Numbered from the stretch's first letter, positions 18,906 through 29,232 are shown. The stretch is 64,000 bases of DNA from Candidatus Velthaea sp. (GCA_965214935.1 CBDCCS010000019.1:17937-81936), one strand, 5' to 3'. Program-made: numbers and translations. Notes: generated by a model not told the origin, from the letters alone.

Positions 18906-19982
18906 TTGGTAACGAAGGACGAGCGGCGAATCAAGGTTGGCGTTCTCGGCTGTGGCCCGATCGCTCAAGCAGCGCATTTTGAGAGTTGCACCAAGGCACG
19001 CAACGCCGATTTGTACGCCATCTGCGATATCGCGCCGGATCTGCTCGAGCGATTCAAGTGGACGCATGCGCCGGACAAAACGTATTCCGACTACGCGAAG
19101 ATGCTGGCCGACCCGCAGCTCGACGCCGTCATCATTGCAACATCCGATGCCTTTCACGTGCCGGCATCGATCGCGGCGCTCGCAGCCGGAAAGCATGTCC
19201 TGTGTGAAAAACCGATCGGCATCGACTTGTCCGAAGTCGAGCAGCTTGAGGCCGCCGTGGTTGCTTCGGGCAAACATTTGCAGGTCGGGCATATGAAGCG
19301 CTTCGACGCGGGTCTGCAAGCGGCCAAAGCATTTATCACGACGGAAATGGGCGAGATGCTGGCGCTCAAAGCATGGTATTGCGACTCGACGCAGCGTTAC
19401 GCCCTCACCGATGCGGTTCAGCCGCTGATCGTAACGAGCGGTCAGGCAAAACGACCGGCCGCCGACCCCAAAGCGGATCTCGGCCGCTACTTTATGCTCG
19501 CTCACGGCAGCCATCTCGTCGACACGGCGCGTTACTTCGGCGGCGAGATCGTTGAAGTTGAGGCCCGTTTGCGCGAGCGCTTCGGCGCTTACTGCTGGTT
19601 CGTCGACGTTGCCTATGCCAACGGAACCTTGGGTCACCTCGACCTCACCGTCGCCGTGCGCATGGATTGGCATGAAGGCTTTCAGATTTACGGCCAAAAC
19701 GGCAGTGCCGTCGGCAAGACGTACAATCCGTGGCTGTACAAGACAAGCGAGGTCGATATCTTCTACGAGAGCGATGCAACGACGCGCCGCGTCCTCGGCG
19801 CCGACGGTCACTTCTATCGCCGGCAGCTCGAGGCGTTCGCGGCAACGATTCTCGACGGCGCGCCCCAATCGGGCGCTTCGATCGCCGACGGCGTTGCCTC
19901 GGTCCGTGCGATGCTGGCCATCGCGGAGTCCGTTCGGACCCGCCGTGCCGTTCGGCTCGCCGACGTCACCGGCGCGCTCTGA
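18906..19982 (+). CDS. Gfo/Idh/MocA-family oxidoreductase
   Basis: GVLGCGPIA, GKHVLCEKP, VGHMKRFD. Confidence 0.92.
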   Translation: MVTKDERRIKVGVLGCGPIAQAAHFESCTKARNADLYAICDIAPDLLERFKWTHAPDKTYSDYAKMLADPQLDAVIIATSDAFHVPASIAALAAGKHVLCEKPIGIDLSEVEQLEAAVVASGKHLQVGHMKRFDAGLQAAKAFITTEMGEMLALKAWYCDSTQRYALTDAVQPLIVTSGQAKRPAADPKADLGRYFMLAHGSHLVDTARYFGGEIVEVEARLRERFGAYCWFVDVAYANGTLGHLDLTVAVRMDWHEGFQIYGQNGSAVGKTYNPWLYKTSEVDIFYESDATTRRVLGADGHFYRRQLEAFAATILDGAPQSGASIADGVASVRAMLAIAESVRTRRAVRLADVTGAL

Positions 19983-20818
19983 TGCAGCTCGGCATTTTTG
20001 CGAAAACCTTTGCCGGCGGCGACCCGGCGACGGTGCTGAGCGCGGCCCGCGCTGCGGGTTACGACGCCGTTCAGTACAACATGGCATGTTCGGGTCTTCC
20101 CGCCGTACCCGACCACCTACCGCCCGGAACGGCGGAAGCGCTCCGCGCGGCGTCCGACCGAACCGGCGTCGCGATCGTGGCGATTTCCGCGACCTATAAT
20201 ATGATTCACCCCGATCCGGCCGTTCGGCGGCACGGCCATGCGGCGTTGCAGCAGATCGCGGACGTTGCTCGTGCGGTGGGAGCACCGCTGGTGACCCTTT
20301 GCACGGGAACCCGCGACCCCGACGACCAGTGGCGCGATCACCGCGACAACGCGTCGCCGGAGGCTTGGGACGATCTGCTCGAAAGCATGGCGATCGCGAC
20401 GGCGATTGCAGAATCGGCGGGTGTCGATTTAGGCATCGAACCCGAGCTTGCGAATGTCATCAATTCACCCGAACGCGCGCTGCGCTTATTCGGCGAGAAT
20501 CGAAGTCCGCGCTTGAAGATCGTGCTCGATCCGGCGAATCTGTTCGCGGCCGAACCGCTCGACCGGCAGCATGCCATCGTCGGCGACGGTATCGGAGCCC
20601 TTGCCGCCCGGATCGCCCTGGCGCATGCGAAAGACCGCGATGCGGCCGGCGGCTTCGCGACGGCGGGAACGGGCGTACTCGACTATCCATTTTACCTGCG
20701 GCAACTGCGCGACGCGGGTTTCGACGGAACGCTCGTAACGCACGGTTTAACGGCGGCCGAAGCGCCCGAGGTCGCGGCGTTTTTACGACGCGCGCTGGGC
20801 GACATGGCGGCGGTTTGA
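19982..20818 (+). CDS. Sugar phosphate isomerase/epimerase (xylose isomerase-like TIM barrel)
   Basis: MQLGIFAKTF, LGIEPE, VLDPANL, HAKD. Confidence 0.88.
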   Translation: MQLGIFAKTFAGGDPATVLSAARAAGYDAVQYNMACSGLPAVPDHLPPGTAEALRAASDRTGVAIVAISATYNMIHPDPAVRRHGHAALQQIADVARAVGAPLVTLCTGTRDPDDQWRDHRDNASPEAWDDLLESMAIATAIAESAGVDLGIEPELANVINSPERALRLFGENRSPRLKIVLDPANLFAAEPLDRQHAIVGDGIGALAARIALAHAKDRDAAGGFATAGTGVLDYPFYLRQLRDAGFDGTLVTHGLTAAEAPEVAAFLRRALGDMAAV

Positions 20819-21624
20819 TAATCGGCACCGACATTGCTCCGGGCGGCCTGCGGCTTGCGCTTAGCGATCGCGGCAGTGGTGCACCGGTCTTTTTCGGCCA
20901 TGGTTTGTGCGGCGACGCCCGGCAACCCGCCGAGGTCTTTCCGCTCGATGCGTACCGGTGTTTGACGCTTGAAAGCCGCGGACACGGCGACTCGGAGCCG
21001 GGCGATCCGGCCGATTTCTCGATCGCGGTCTTCGCCGACGATGCAATCCGCTGCTTGGACCGGCTCGCGCTCGGGCCGATCGCCGTCGGCGGCATCTCGA
21101 TGGGCGCGGCGATCGCTTTGCGCATCGCCGTCACTCGTCCGGATCTCGTGAGCGCGCTGATCTTGGCTCGACCGGCCTGGGTGACCGCTGCGGCACCCGG
21201 CTCGATGCGGCCGAATGCAGTTGTCGGTGAGCTGCTGGCACGCTTCCCGGCCATCGAAGCACGCGCGCGCTTCGACGAGTCGGAAACCGCGCATGCGCTT
21301 GCCCAAAAAGCACCGGCAAATCTTGCGACGCTGCGTGGTTTCTTCGATCGCCCGCCGCAACGGCTGACAGCCGCCTTGCTCGTGCGTATCGCCGCCGACG
21401 GACCCGGCGTCACGCGCGAACAGCTCGGCCGGCTGCGCATCCCGGCGCTGGTGGTCGGTAGCGAGCGCGATGCCATTCACCCGCTGGCCTTCGCGCGCGA
21501 GCTGACCGCGCTGATCGCCCGCGCGCGATTGGCGGTCGTCCCGCCTAAAGCCGACGGAATCGAACGCCACAGACTTGCCTTTCGCGCCGAACTTCGCACG
21601 TTTCTCATGGAGCTCTCGCAATGA
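20815..21624 (+). CDS. Alpha/beta hydrolase
   Basis: HGL, RGHGDS, GISMG nucleophile elbow; TTGA overlap with the upstream gene. Confidence 0.85.
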   Translation: MIIGTDIAPGGLRLALSDRGSGAPVFFGHGLCGDARQPAEVFPLDAYRCLTLESRGHGDSEPGDPADFSIAVFADDAIRCLDRLALGPIAVGGISMGAAIALRIAVTRPDLVSALILARPAWVTAAAPGSMRPNAVVGELLARFPAIEARARFDESETAHALAQKAPANLATLRGFFDRPPQRLTAALLVRIAADGPGVTREQLGRLRIPALVVGSERDAIHPLAFARELTALIARARLAVVPPKADGIERHRLAFRAELRTFLMELSQ

Positions 21625-22325
21625 ACGGTTCGTCTTGGCTCGACGCGCTGCCGCGCGACCGCCTCTTGGCCGAGGTGTCGCTCTGGTCGGCGGATCTCGG
21701 CCGGCTGGCGGACGACGTGGCGCGCGTCGACCCATTCACCGATATCTATCATCTTGATGTCGCCGACGGGCATTTTGCGCCGGCGATGCTCTTTTTTCCG
21801 GACCTTGTAGCCGCCGTCCGTAAGCTGACCGCCAAGCCGTTGCACATGCATCTGATGGTGCAAGATGCGATTCTGCTCGAACAGATCGATCAGTTTGCCG
21901 CCGCCGGAGGGGACCTGATGAGCGTGCACCTCGAGAACGGCCGGATCGGCGAAGCGTTGGAGTCGATTGCCCAGCGCGGCCTGCTGGCCGGGCTCGTCGC
22001 TCAGCTCGATACGCCGGTCGACGCGGTTCGGCCGTACATCGATCGCATCAGCAGCTTCACGCTGCTCGGAACGAAAATCGGCGTTAAAGGCAAAGGCCTC
22101 GACCCGTCCGCCGAGCCGCGCATGCGCGAGGCCCGGGCGCTCCTTGCAACGCGGCGCACCGGACGGCGTATGTTACTCGCTGCCGACGGCGGCATTCGCG
22201 CTACGACCGTCCCCGGCTTGCGCCGCGCCGGGGCCGAGACGATCGTAATGGGTTCGCTTGCCTTCGGCGATCCGGACTTACCCGGCCGGATCGGCTGGGT
22301 GCACGCGCAAGTGATGGAAGCCTGA
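21621..22325 (+). CDS. Ribulose-phosphate 3-epimerase family protein (allulose-6-P epimerase-like)
   Basis: SLWSAD, HLDVADGHF, HMHLMV, ADGGI, VMGS. Confidence 0.9.
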   Translation: MNGSSWLDALPRDRLLAEVSLWSADLGRLADDVARVDPFTDIYHLDVADGHFAPAMLFFPDLVAAVRKLTAKPLHMHLMVQDAILLEQIDQFAAAGGDLMSVHLENGRIGEALESIAQRGLLAGLVAQLDTPVDAVRPYIDRISSFTLLGTKIGVKGKGLDPSAEPRMREARALLATRRTGRRMLLAADGGIRATTVPGLRRAGAETIVMGSLAFGDPDLPGRIGWVHAQVMEA

Positions 22326-23329
22326 AGACGATCGCGCCGCTGTCGGCGATCGGCATCGACCTCGGCGGCACGCACGTGCGCGCGGCGCTCGTCGGCGCGG
22401 ACGGGACCGTACGGACACGCGCCGGCGAGCGGACCGATGTCGGCGGTGGTCCGCCGGGCGTGCTGCGGCAGATGCAGCGGCTCGTCGGCGCGGTAACCGC
22501 CGGGCAATCAGCGCAAACGATCGCCGGCATCGGCATCAGCGCGCCGGGGCCGCTCGATACGAACACCGGCACCATTTTCACCATCCCGACACTGCCGGGC
22601 TGGGACGGCTATCCGTTACGCGATGCGGCGCAAACGGCGCTCGGCTATCCCGTCGTCGTTGAAAACGATGGGATCGCGGCTGCCTATGGCGAGTGGCGGC
22701 ACGGCGCCGGGCAAGGTTTGCGCCACCTCGTGTACGTGACGGTGAGTACGGGAATCGGCGGTGGAGTCGTCGTGGACGGCCGGCTCATGCATGGGCGGCT
22801 CGGCATGGGCGGCCATGTCGGTCATTTCCCGATGATGCTCGACGGGCCGCCGTGTTCGTGCGGAGCAACCGGGTGCTTCGAGGTCCTCGCTGCCGGTACC
22901 GCACTAGGCAAAGCGGGACGCGCGGCGGCTCGGACCGAGCCGGAAAGCCTCATGGCGAGGCTTGCAGCGCCGGACGCCATTGAAGCACCGCATGTTGTCG
23001 AAGCTGCGCGGCGGGGCGATGCGGCGGCACGTGCGATCATCGAACGGGAAGCCGTGTATCTGGGACTCGGTTTCACGGGCCTGATCCAGTTGTATAGTCC
23101 CGAGCGCGTCATCATGGGCGGCGGAGTCGCAGCGGCCTTCGATCTCTTCGCTGCGACGATACATGCCGTCATCCGCAGTCGCGCGATGCCGCCGTTTCGC
23201 TCGGTGACCGTCGTGCCGGCCGGCCTCGGCCCGAACTCGGGTCTGGTCGGAGCTGCGATGCTTTCGGCCGAGCGACGCGAAGGCGAATTCGTTGCTGCCG
23301 GGCTGTACGCTGGGGGAACTCGCGCGTGA
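22322..23329 (+). CDS. ROK-family sugar kinase (probable CTG start)
   Basis: IGIDLGGT lies upstream of the first canonical start (22376); ENDGIAAAYGE, STGIGGG, CSCGATGCFE. Confidence 0.85.
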   Translation: MKTIAPLSAIGIDLGGTHVRAALVGADGTVRTRAGERTDVGGGPPGVLRQMQRLVGAVTAGQSAQTIAGIGISAPGPLDTNTGTIFTIPTLPGWDGYPLRDAAQTALGYPVVVENDGIAAAYGEWRHGAGQGLRHLVYVTVSTGIGGGVVVDGRLMHGRLGMGGHVGHFPMMLDGPPCSCGATGCFEVLAAGTALGKAGRAAARTEPESLMARLAAPDAIEAPHVVEAARRGDAAARAIIEREAVYLGLGFTGLIQLYSPERVIMGGGVAAAFDLFAATIHAVIRSRAMPPFRSVTVVPAGLGPNSGLVGAAMLSAERREGEFVAAGLYAGGTRA

Positions 23330-24822
23330 TACCGCTTTCAAACGCAACACTCGCACTGTGCGGCCCGGCAATCGCCGTCCCGTCCTACGATCGCGCAGCG
23401 TTGCGCGGCGGAATCGTGCATTTTGGTGTCGGTAATTTTCACCGGACGCACCAAGCCGTGTATATCGACGCGTGTCTCGCACGCAAAAACCAGACGGCCT
23501 GGGGCATCGTCGGCGTCGGGTTGACCGACGGTCCGCAAGCGCGGTTGAAAGCCGACACCTACCGCGCTCAAGACGGACTTTATACCGTGACGGAGTTTGC
23601 GCCGGATGGAACTGCGCGCACGCGCGTCATCGGCGCGATGGTCGATTACCTCCACGCGCCCGCCGATCCGCAAGCCGTGCTCGCGCGCCTCGTGCATTCC
23701 GATACGCGTATCATCACGCTAACGATCACCGAAGGCGGCTATAACATCCGCGAAGCCGATGGAGTCTTCGCGCTCGATGCGCCGGACGTGGTCCACGATC
23801 TTGCGACCCCGGCAGCGCCGCGCTCGGTCTTTGGATTCGTTGTCGAAGCGCTCGCGCGACGTCGCGCGGCGGGTTTGCCCGCGTTCTGCATCGCGTCGTG
23901 CGACAATCTTCGCGGTAACGGCGATACGGCGCGCAAAGCGTTTGTCGCATTTGCACGGGCGCGAGATCCCGAACTTGCCGACTGGATCGACGATAAGGCG
24001 GATTTTCCCAACGCGATGGTCGATCGCATCGCGCCGCAAGTAACGGCGGCCGATCGCGCTGCACTCAATGCCCGTAGCGGCATCGACGACCGTTTACCGG
24101 CGCTGGCCGAAAATTACAATCAGTGGGTCGTCGAGGATCGATTTCGGCAGGGGCGCCCGGACCTCGCGGACGCCGGCGTCGAACTGCGCGACGATGTTGC
24201 CGCCTTCGTTGCCGTAAAAGGCCGCATGCTCAACGCTTGCCACATGCTCCTGTCGTATCCGGCGTTGCTATGCGGCTATCGCATCGTTCACGATGCAATG
24301 CGCGATCCGCGGCTCGTGCAGCTGCTTACGACGTTTCTCGATCGCGACATCATTCCGTATGTCGACCCTCCGCCGGGCCTGTCGCTCGAACGCTATCGTG
24401 CGATGATTCTCGACCGCTTCTCGAATCCGGCGATCGGCGATCAACTCGCACGCATTGCTTCGGACGGCGCAGCGAAACTTCCGATCTTTCATGCAAAGAC
24501 GCTCGCCACATTGCTCGCCGCCGGCGCCGATATGCGCCGCGAAGCTTTTCTGCTCGCGTGTTTCGGGCGCTACCTAAAAGCGGCGCGTGACGGAACGGTG
24601 CGCGACGATCGGGGTGGCGAATTGCCGGTTCACGAACCGGTCCTGACGGCGGACGACTGGGAAAAAATACAGTCAGCCGATCCCGATGCCGTCTTGTGGA
24701 CGAGTCCGTTTGCCGTGCTCGGCTTAGCCGAAGACGCTGCTTTTAATTACGCGTTCCGTCAGTATCGTTCAGCGCTCGAAAACCAGGGCGCATCGGCCGC
24801 ACTCGAGATGGTGCTTGCCTAA
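23326..24822 (+). CDS. Mannitol dehydrogenase family protein
   Basis: HFGVGNFHRTHQA, TITEGGY, SCDNL, FPNAMVDRIAP, KGRMLN. Confidence 0.93.
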   Translation: MIPLSNATLALCGPAIAVPSYDRAALRGGIVHFGVGNFHRTHQAVYIDACLARKNQTAWGIVGVGLTDGPQARLKADTYRAQDGLYTVTEFAPDGTARTRVIGAMVDYLHAPADPQAVLARLVHSDTRIITLTITEGGYNIREADGVFALDAPDVVHDLATPAAPRSVFGFVVEALARRRAAGLPAFCIASCDNLRGNGDTARKAFVAFARARDPELADWIDDKADFPNAMVDRIAPQVTAADRAALNARSGIDDRLPALAENYNQWVVEDRFRQGRPDLADAGVELRDDVAAFVAVKGRMLNACHMLLSYPALLCGYRIVHDAMRDPRLVQLLTTFLDRDIIPYVDPPPGLSLERYRAMILDRFSNPAIGDQLARIASDGAAKLPIFHAKTLATLLAAGADMRREAFLLACFGRYLKAARDGTVRDDRGGELPVHEPVLTADDWEKIQSADPDAVLWTSPFAVLGLAEDAAFNYAFRQYRSALENQGASAALEMVLA

Positions 24823-24905
24823 GTGCAAGCCGGCGTGCGACTCGCGGACGCTCGATTGCAGTAACGGTTTCGTAACACACCGGTCGTTCGAAAGGCTCGG
24901 CTCCA

Positions 24906-25676
24906 ATGACGCTTGAGGGAAAAGTCGCGGTCGTTACCGGCGGCGCACGAGGCATCGGGCGCGCGATCGCCGAGCGCCTAGCACACGCGCAGGCACGCGT
25001 CGTTATTGCCGATCGCGCAGTAGAGGCGGCAGCCGATGTCGCCGTAGCGCTGCCAAACGATGCATTTGCCGTCGGCGTCGACGTCGGCGCGAATGTGTCG
25101 ATCGTGTCGATGGTCGAAGAGGTTACGCGCCGCGCCGGCGGCATTGACATTCTGATCAATAACGCCGGGGTGTTTGACATGCAACCGCTACTCGACGTAA
25201 CCGAAGACAGCTTCGACCGGCTGTTTGCAGTGAACGTGCGCGGTCTTTTCTTCACCTTACAAGCCGTTGCCCGGCAGATGGTTGCGACCGGCCGGCGCGG
25301 AACGATCGTCAACCTCGCTTCGCAAGCGGGACGGCGCGGTGAAGCGCCGTCGGCAATCTACGCAGCGACCAAAGCCACCGTGATCAGCCTTACGCAATCA
25401 GCCGCGTTGGCGCTCATCAAGCAAGGCATCCGGGTCAACGCGGTGGCGCCCGGGGTGATCGATACGCCCATGTTCGATCACGTCGATTCGCTTTTCGCTA
25501 GCCTCGAAAACATTCCGATCGGTGCGATGAAGCAGCGCACCGCGCGGGCGATTCCATATGGCCGGCTCGGGACGCCGGCCGAAGTAGCGGACGCGATCGT
25601 CTTTCTCGCCGGCGAAGAATCCGGTTATATCGTCGGGCAAACGCTCAACGTCGATGGCGGAAATGTTTTAAGTTAA
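24906..25676 (+). CDS. SDR oxidoreductase, sorbitol/L-iditol 2-dehydrogenase-like
   Basis: TGGARGIG, NNAG, ASQAGRRGE, YAATK, NVDGG. Confidence 0.85.
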   Translation: MTLEGKVAVVTGGARGIGRAIAERLAHAQARVVIADRAVEAAADVAVALPNDAFAVGVDVGANVSIVSMVEEVTRRAGGIDILINNAGVFDMQPLLDVTEDSFDRLFAVNVRGLFFTLQAVARQMVATGRRGTIVNLASQAGRRGEAPSAIYAATKATVISLTQSAALALIKQGIRVNAVAPGVIDTPMFDHVDSLFASLENIPIGAMKQRTARAIPYGRLGTPAEVADAIVFLAGEESGYIVGQTLNVDGGNVLS

Positions 25677-25734
25677 CGGCCGGCGCACAGATGCGAACGT
25701 TCAGTCGCCAGGCCCGCATTGCTTTCGCCGAAAT

Positions 25735-26196
25735 TTATTCAGACTTTGAGTGCAGCTCATCGATCCATTCCACAGCCGGCGCCGCATCGCCGGTCGCAAT
25801 ATCGAGATTTACCACGATCGGCGTCTGTCCGCTGCGCACCAGCACGCACACGAGCGGCTCTTGCGCTGAGGCATTGATCTCTTGATGCGGAACGAACGGC
25901 GGAACGAAGATAAAATCGCCCGGACCGGCGTCGGCGCTACATTCGAGCCGGTCGCCCCAGCGCATGCGTGCTCGGCCGGTGACGACGTAGATCACGCTTT
26001 CAAGTTCGCCGTGATGGTGCGCACCCGTCCGCGCTTGCGGCTCGATCCTTACCGTGCCGGCCCACAATTTCTGCGCTCCGGCGCTGGCGGTAGTGATCGC
26101 TGCGGCTCGCTGCATGCCCGGCGTCTGCGCGGTATTCGTGTCGAGCTGCGTGCCGGCAACGATGCGCACTCCGGCGTTACGCCAATCTTGCATCAT
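25735..26196 (-). CDS. Cupin domain protein
   Basis: TGAHHHGELE and GPGDFIFVPPFVPHQE cupin motifs. Confidence 0.88.
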   Translation of the reverse strand: MMQDWRNAGVRIVAGTQLDTNTAQTPGMQRAAAITTASAGAQKLWAGTVRIEPQARTGAHHHGELESVIYVVTGRARMRWGDRLECSADAGPGDFIFVPPFVPHQEINASAQEPLVCVLVRSGQTPIVVNLDIATGDAAPAVEWIDELHSKSE

Positions 26197-26273
26197 GCCG
26201 CCGAGGGAACGGGCGGTGGCATACCGCACAAAGACTTCTCAGGTACGCGAGTTCTCGCGAAAAGGGAGACAAT

Positions 26274-26678
26274 TTGTTTGCAGGGTTCGGCCGCTTCCTC
26301 ATGCGTGGAAACGTCGTCGATCTGGCGGTCGCGGTCGTCATCGGCGCGGCGTTCGGCGCAATCGTAACGTCGCTCGTGAAGGATCTCATTACGCCGTTGA
26401 TAGCGGCCATTATCGGCAAACCGGATTTCTCGGCCCTGGCTTTCACGATCAATAATAGCCGCTTTGCTATCGGTGACTTCATTAACGCAGTTGTCGCCTT
26501 CATGCTCGTTGCCGCGGCAATTTACTTTTTTGTCGTCGTGCCGATGAATGCGCTGACTGCCCGCTTCACGAAGCCCGAAGCAACGCCGTCGCTGCGCGAA
26601 TGCCCCGAGTGTTTGAGCGATATTCCCGCAGCGGCGCGGCGGTGCAAATATTGCACGGCTATCACCGCTTTCAATTAG
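26274..26678 (+). CDS. mscL: Large-conductance mechanosensitive channel with C-terminal Zn-ribbon
   Basis: FLMRGNVVDLAVAVVIGAAFG; CPECLS..CKYC tail. Confidence 0.95.
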   Translation: MFAGFGRFLMRGNVVDLAVAVVIGAAFGAIVTSLVKDLITPLIAAIIGKPDFSALAFTINNSRFAIGDFINAVVAFMLVAAAIYFFVVVPMNALTARFTKPEATPSLRECPECLSDIPAAARRCKYCTAITAFN

Positions 26679-27515
26679 CTATTTTTCTTGTAGCACGTTG
26701 CGCAGCTTTTCGAGCGCTTTTTGTTGCAGCCGCGAAACGTGCATCTGTGAAACATTCAGACGCTTGGCAATCTCGGTCTGCGAGACGCTTTCATAAAAAC
26801 GCAGATACAGGATCACGCGTTCGCGACCGGTCAACACTTGAAACGCACGCTCGAGATTTGCGCGATCTTCGAGCAGATCGAGTGCAGAATCGTTCTGCCC
26901 GACATAATCTGCTAAGGTCTGCGACTTCTTGTCGCCTTCCCCATTAAGTTCGGTGTCGAGCGACAGAAGGTTATACGCCTGGCCGAGTTCTTGCGCTTCG
27001 AGGATATCTTCTTCGGAAGCACCGAGATGCGATGCGAGTTCGGCGACGGTCGGCGAATGCCCGAGCTTCACCGTAAGCTTTTCAATCGCGCGATTGACGG
27101 CGAGATTCAATTCCTGTAAGCGCCGCGGAACTTTAACGGCCCAACCCTTATCACGAAAGTAACGTTTGATTTCGCCGACGATAGTCGGCGTTGCATAGGT
27201 CGTAAACTCTACGCCGCGTTCGAGATCGAACCGGTCAATCGCTTTGAGCAGGCCGACGGTTCCGACTTGAATGAGATCGTCGAGCGCTTCACCGCGGTTG
27301 GCGAACTTGACCGCCAGATACCGAACGAGATTAAGATGCGCGACGACTAAGTCGTTACGCAGCCGCTCGTATTCCGATTCGCCGACATTGTTGGGTCCGG
27401 AGTCGCGCGAACGATCGTCGCGGACAACGGCAAAGCGAGCGAAAATCTGTCGCGCGCGGTTCCGATCCCACCGTTCTTCTTCGATCGGTGGACCGCCAGA
27501 CGGGGTTGAACTCAT
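26679..27515 (-). CDS. sigB: SigB/SigF/SigG-family RNA polymerase sigma factor
   Basis: DDLIQVGTVGLLKAIDRFD, YATPTIVGEIKRYFRDKGWAVKVPRRLQE, SQMHVSRL; follows rsbV-rsbW. Confidence 0.9.
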   Translation of the reverse strand: MSSTPSGGPPIEEERWDRNRARQIFARFAVVRDDRSRDSGPNNVGESEYERLRNDLVVAHLNLVRYLAVKFANRGEALDDLIQVGTVGLLKAIDRFDLERGVEFTTYATPTIVGEIKRYFRDKGWAVKVPRRLQELNLAVNRAIEKLTVKLGHSPTVAELASHLGASEEDILEAQELGQAYNLLSLDTELNGEGDKKSQTLADYVGQNDSALDLLEDRANLERAFQVLTGRERVILYLRFYESVSQTEIAKRLNVSQMHVSRLQQKALEKLRNVLQEK

Positions 27516-27528
27516 ACGACGCTGATGC

Positions 27529-27966
27529 TTAGCCCGCCACGCGTTTAGTCATGACCAATTCGGTGCCTTCACGCGGATCGACGCGGTACGACACGTCGTC
27601 CATCAACGCGCGAATCAAGAACACGCCGAGTTCTTCGGTGCGCCGGCCTTCCGCAAAGCCGCCGTCTCTGTCGAGAGCTTCAAGCCGCTGCGAAACTCCG
27701 CGATCCCGCACCCGCACCCGCACTTCGTCGCTCATTACCTCGGAGGTGATTTCGATCTGATCCGCCGCCGTGCCATGCTGAATGCAATTCGTGCATGCCT
27801 CGGCGATCGCGAGCTTGATGTCTTCGAGTTCATCGACCGAAAACCGTAATCGACTTGCTACCGCGGCGACGGCTAACCGCGCAACCGCGACCCACTCGGC
27901 TTTTGCCGGTATCTTCAGTTCGACGATCCCACCGTACGTCGAATCGACAACGACGGCCTGGTTCAC
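27529..27966 (-). CDS. rsbW: Anti-sigma factor (HATPase_c Ser kinase)
   Basis: IPAKAEWVAVARL, DIKLAIAEACTN, LGVFLIRALMDDV. Confidence 0.9.
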   Translation of the reverse strand: MNQAVVVDSTYGGIVELKIPAKAEWVAVARLAVAAVASRLRFSVDELEDIKLAIAEACTNCIQHGTAADQIEITSEVMSDEVRVRVRDRGVSQRLEALDRDGGFAEGRRTEELGVFLIRALMDDVSYRVDPREGTELVMTKRVAG

Positions 27967-28307
27967 ACCAGCGCCTTCATTGCGCCTTGTTCGTCGTCAA
28001 AGATGCCAAATATCTTTACCAGCCCGGTAATGTCGAAGATCTTCTTGATTTGCGGATTCGTGCACACCAGATTGACCGAGCCGCCGTGTTCGCGCACGCG
28101 CTTGAGCCCGCCGATGAGAACGCCGAGCCCGGTTGAATCGATGTAGCGCACTTTTTCGAGATTAATGACGAGATGGTAATGTTCTTGATCGATCAACTCG
28201 GTAATCGCGTCTTTTACCTTGGGTGACGTGTAGACGTCGATCTCGCCGGTCAGGTCAACAACATATGCGTCGCCTTCGGATTCGCGAACGTTGACTTTAA
28301 TATCCAC
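27963..28307 (-). CDS. rsbV: Anti-sigma factor antagonist (STAS)
   Basis: GEIDVYTSP, YIDSTGLGVL, IFDITGL. Confidence 0.93.
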   Translation of the reverse strand: MDIKVNVRESEGDAYVVDLTGEIDVYTSPKVKDAITELIDQEHYHLVINLEKVRYIDSTGLGVLIGGLKRVREHGGSVNLVCTNPQIKKIFDITGLVKIFGIFDDEQGAMKALV

Positions 28308-28315
28308 AAAATCTC

Positions 28316-28726
28316 CTACGTCTCTTTTTCCAGCGTGCTGCGTTGCTGCGCTGCTGCATCTTTGCCCTCAGCGACCGAGGCGTCAAACCGAGCTCGCGCT
28401 TCCTCGACGATCTGCTTCCCGCGAACGAGCAATTCGTTTGCCGATGCCGCAACGTCATCAGCCGTTGCTTGAGCGGTCTTGCTTAAGTCATCGGCGGCCG
28501 TGCGGACATTGTCGGATGCCTCTCTCGCTCGTGCCCGGACGACCTCCCGCGTGTCGTCCCCGGCTTGCGGTGCAACGATCATGGCGACCGTCACGCCGAT
28601 TAAACCACCTAACAGCAGCCCGGTGAGAAAGCCGGCTGAGCGTTCGCCGGATGTGTCTTCCACGATATCCGAGCCACCGACGACGACCACGGTCTCCGGT
28701 TCCACGAACGAAAACGACTCACTCAT
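28316..28726 (-). CDS. YtxH domain protein
   Basis: FLTGLLLGGLIG...APQAGDDTR followed by a coiled coil. Confidence 0.85.
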   Translation of the reverse strand: MSESFSFVEPETVVVVGGSDIVEDTSGERSAGFLTGLLLGGLIGVTVAMIVAPQAGDDTREVVRARAREASDNVRTAADDLSKTAQATADDVAASANELLVRGKQIVEEARARFDASVAEGKDAAAQQRSTLEKET

Positions 28727-29195
28727 GCATAACCCGATCGTGAACGAGGCGATCGGTCATGACGATTCGCGACTCGGCGTCGGGACGACTCGGGGACGTG
28801 GATTTGCCGTTGACGAAACGTCGAATACCCGCCGTTAAACCGGTCAGCGTTGCTCCAATATTAACAATCGCCGGATTCACGGCATCACCGGCGAGCCCGG
28901 ACGTCTTGACGACGCCGCCGGCGACGCCTTCAAGCGTACCTACTACATTACCGAGCCGAGCGATCGTGCGGTCCGCCGTGTCGGCGATACCGCCGACATG
29001 GCCGAGTGCCTCCGCGACAGGGGCCGAAAGCGCATCGACTTGACGGTCGATCACGTCGAGCGTGGTGTTGACGCGCTTGAGCGTTCCTGCAATCGCGCTG
29101 CACACAACGAGAATCGCAATGCCGATCAAGAGCACGCCGATTCCCGCAGCAACGGAGAAGAACGCGTGATATACATCCGTTGGGGCCGTCAACAC
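28719..29195 (-). CDS. DUF948 (YtxG/YoxC-like) membrane protein
   Basis: N-terminal TM helix then amphipathic repeats; adjacent to ytxH. Confidence 0.7.
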   Translation of the reverse strand: MLTAPTDVYHAFFSVAAGIGVLLIGIAILVVCSAIAGTLKRVNTTLDVIDRQVDALSAPVAEALGHVGGIADTADRTIARLGNVVGTLEGVAGGVVKTSGLAGDAVNPAIVNIGATLTGLTAGIRRFVNGKSTSPSRPDAESRIVMTDRLVHDRVMHE

Positions 29196-29232
29196 CGAAC
29201 CTCCGACTGCTCCTTAGAGCCACTGACGCGAA

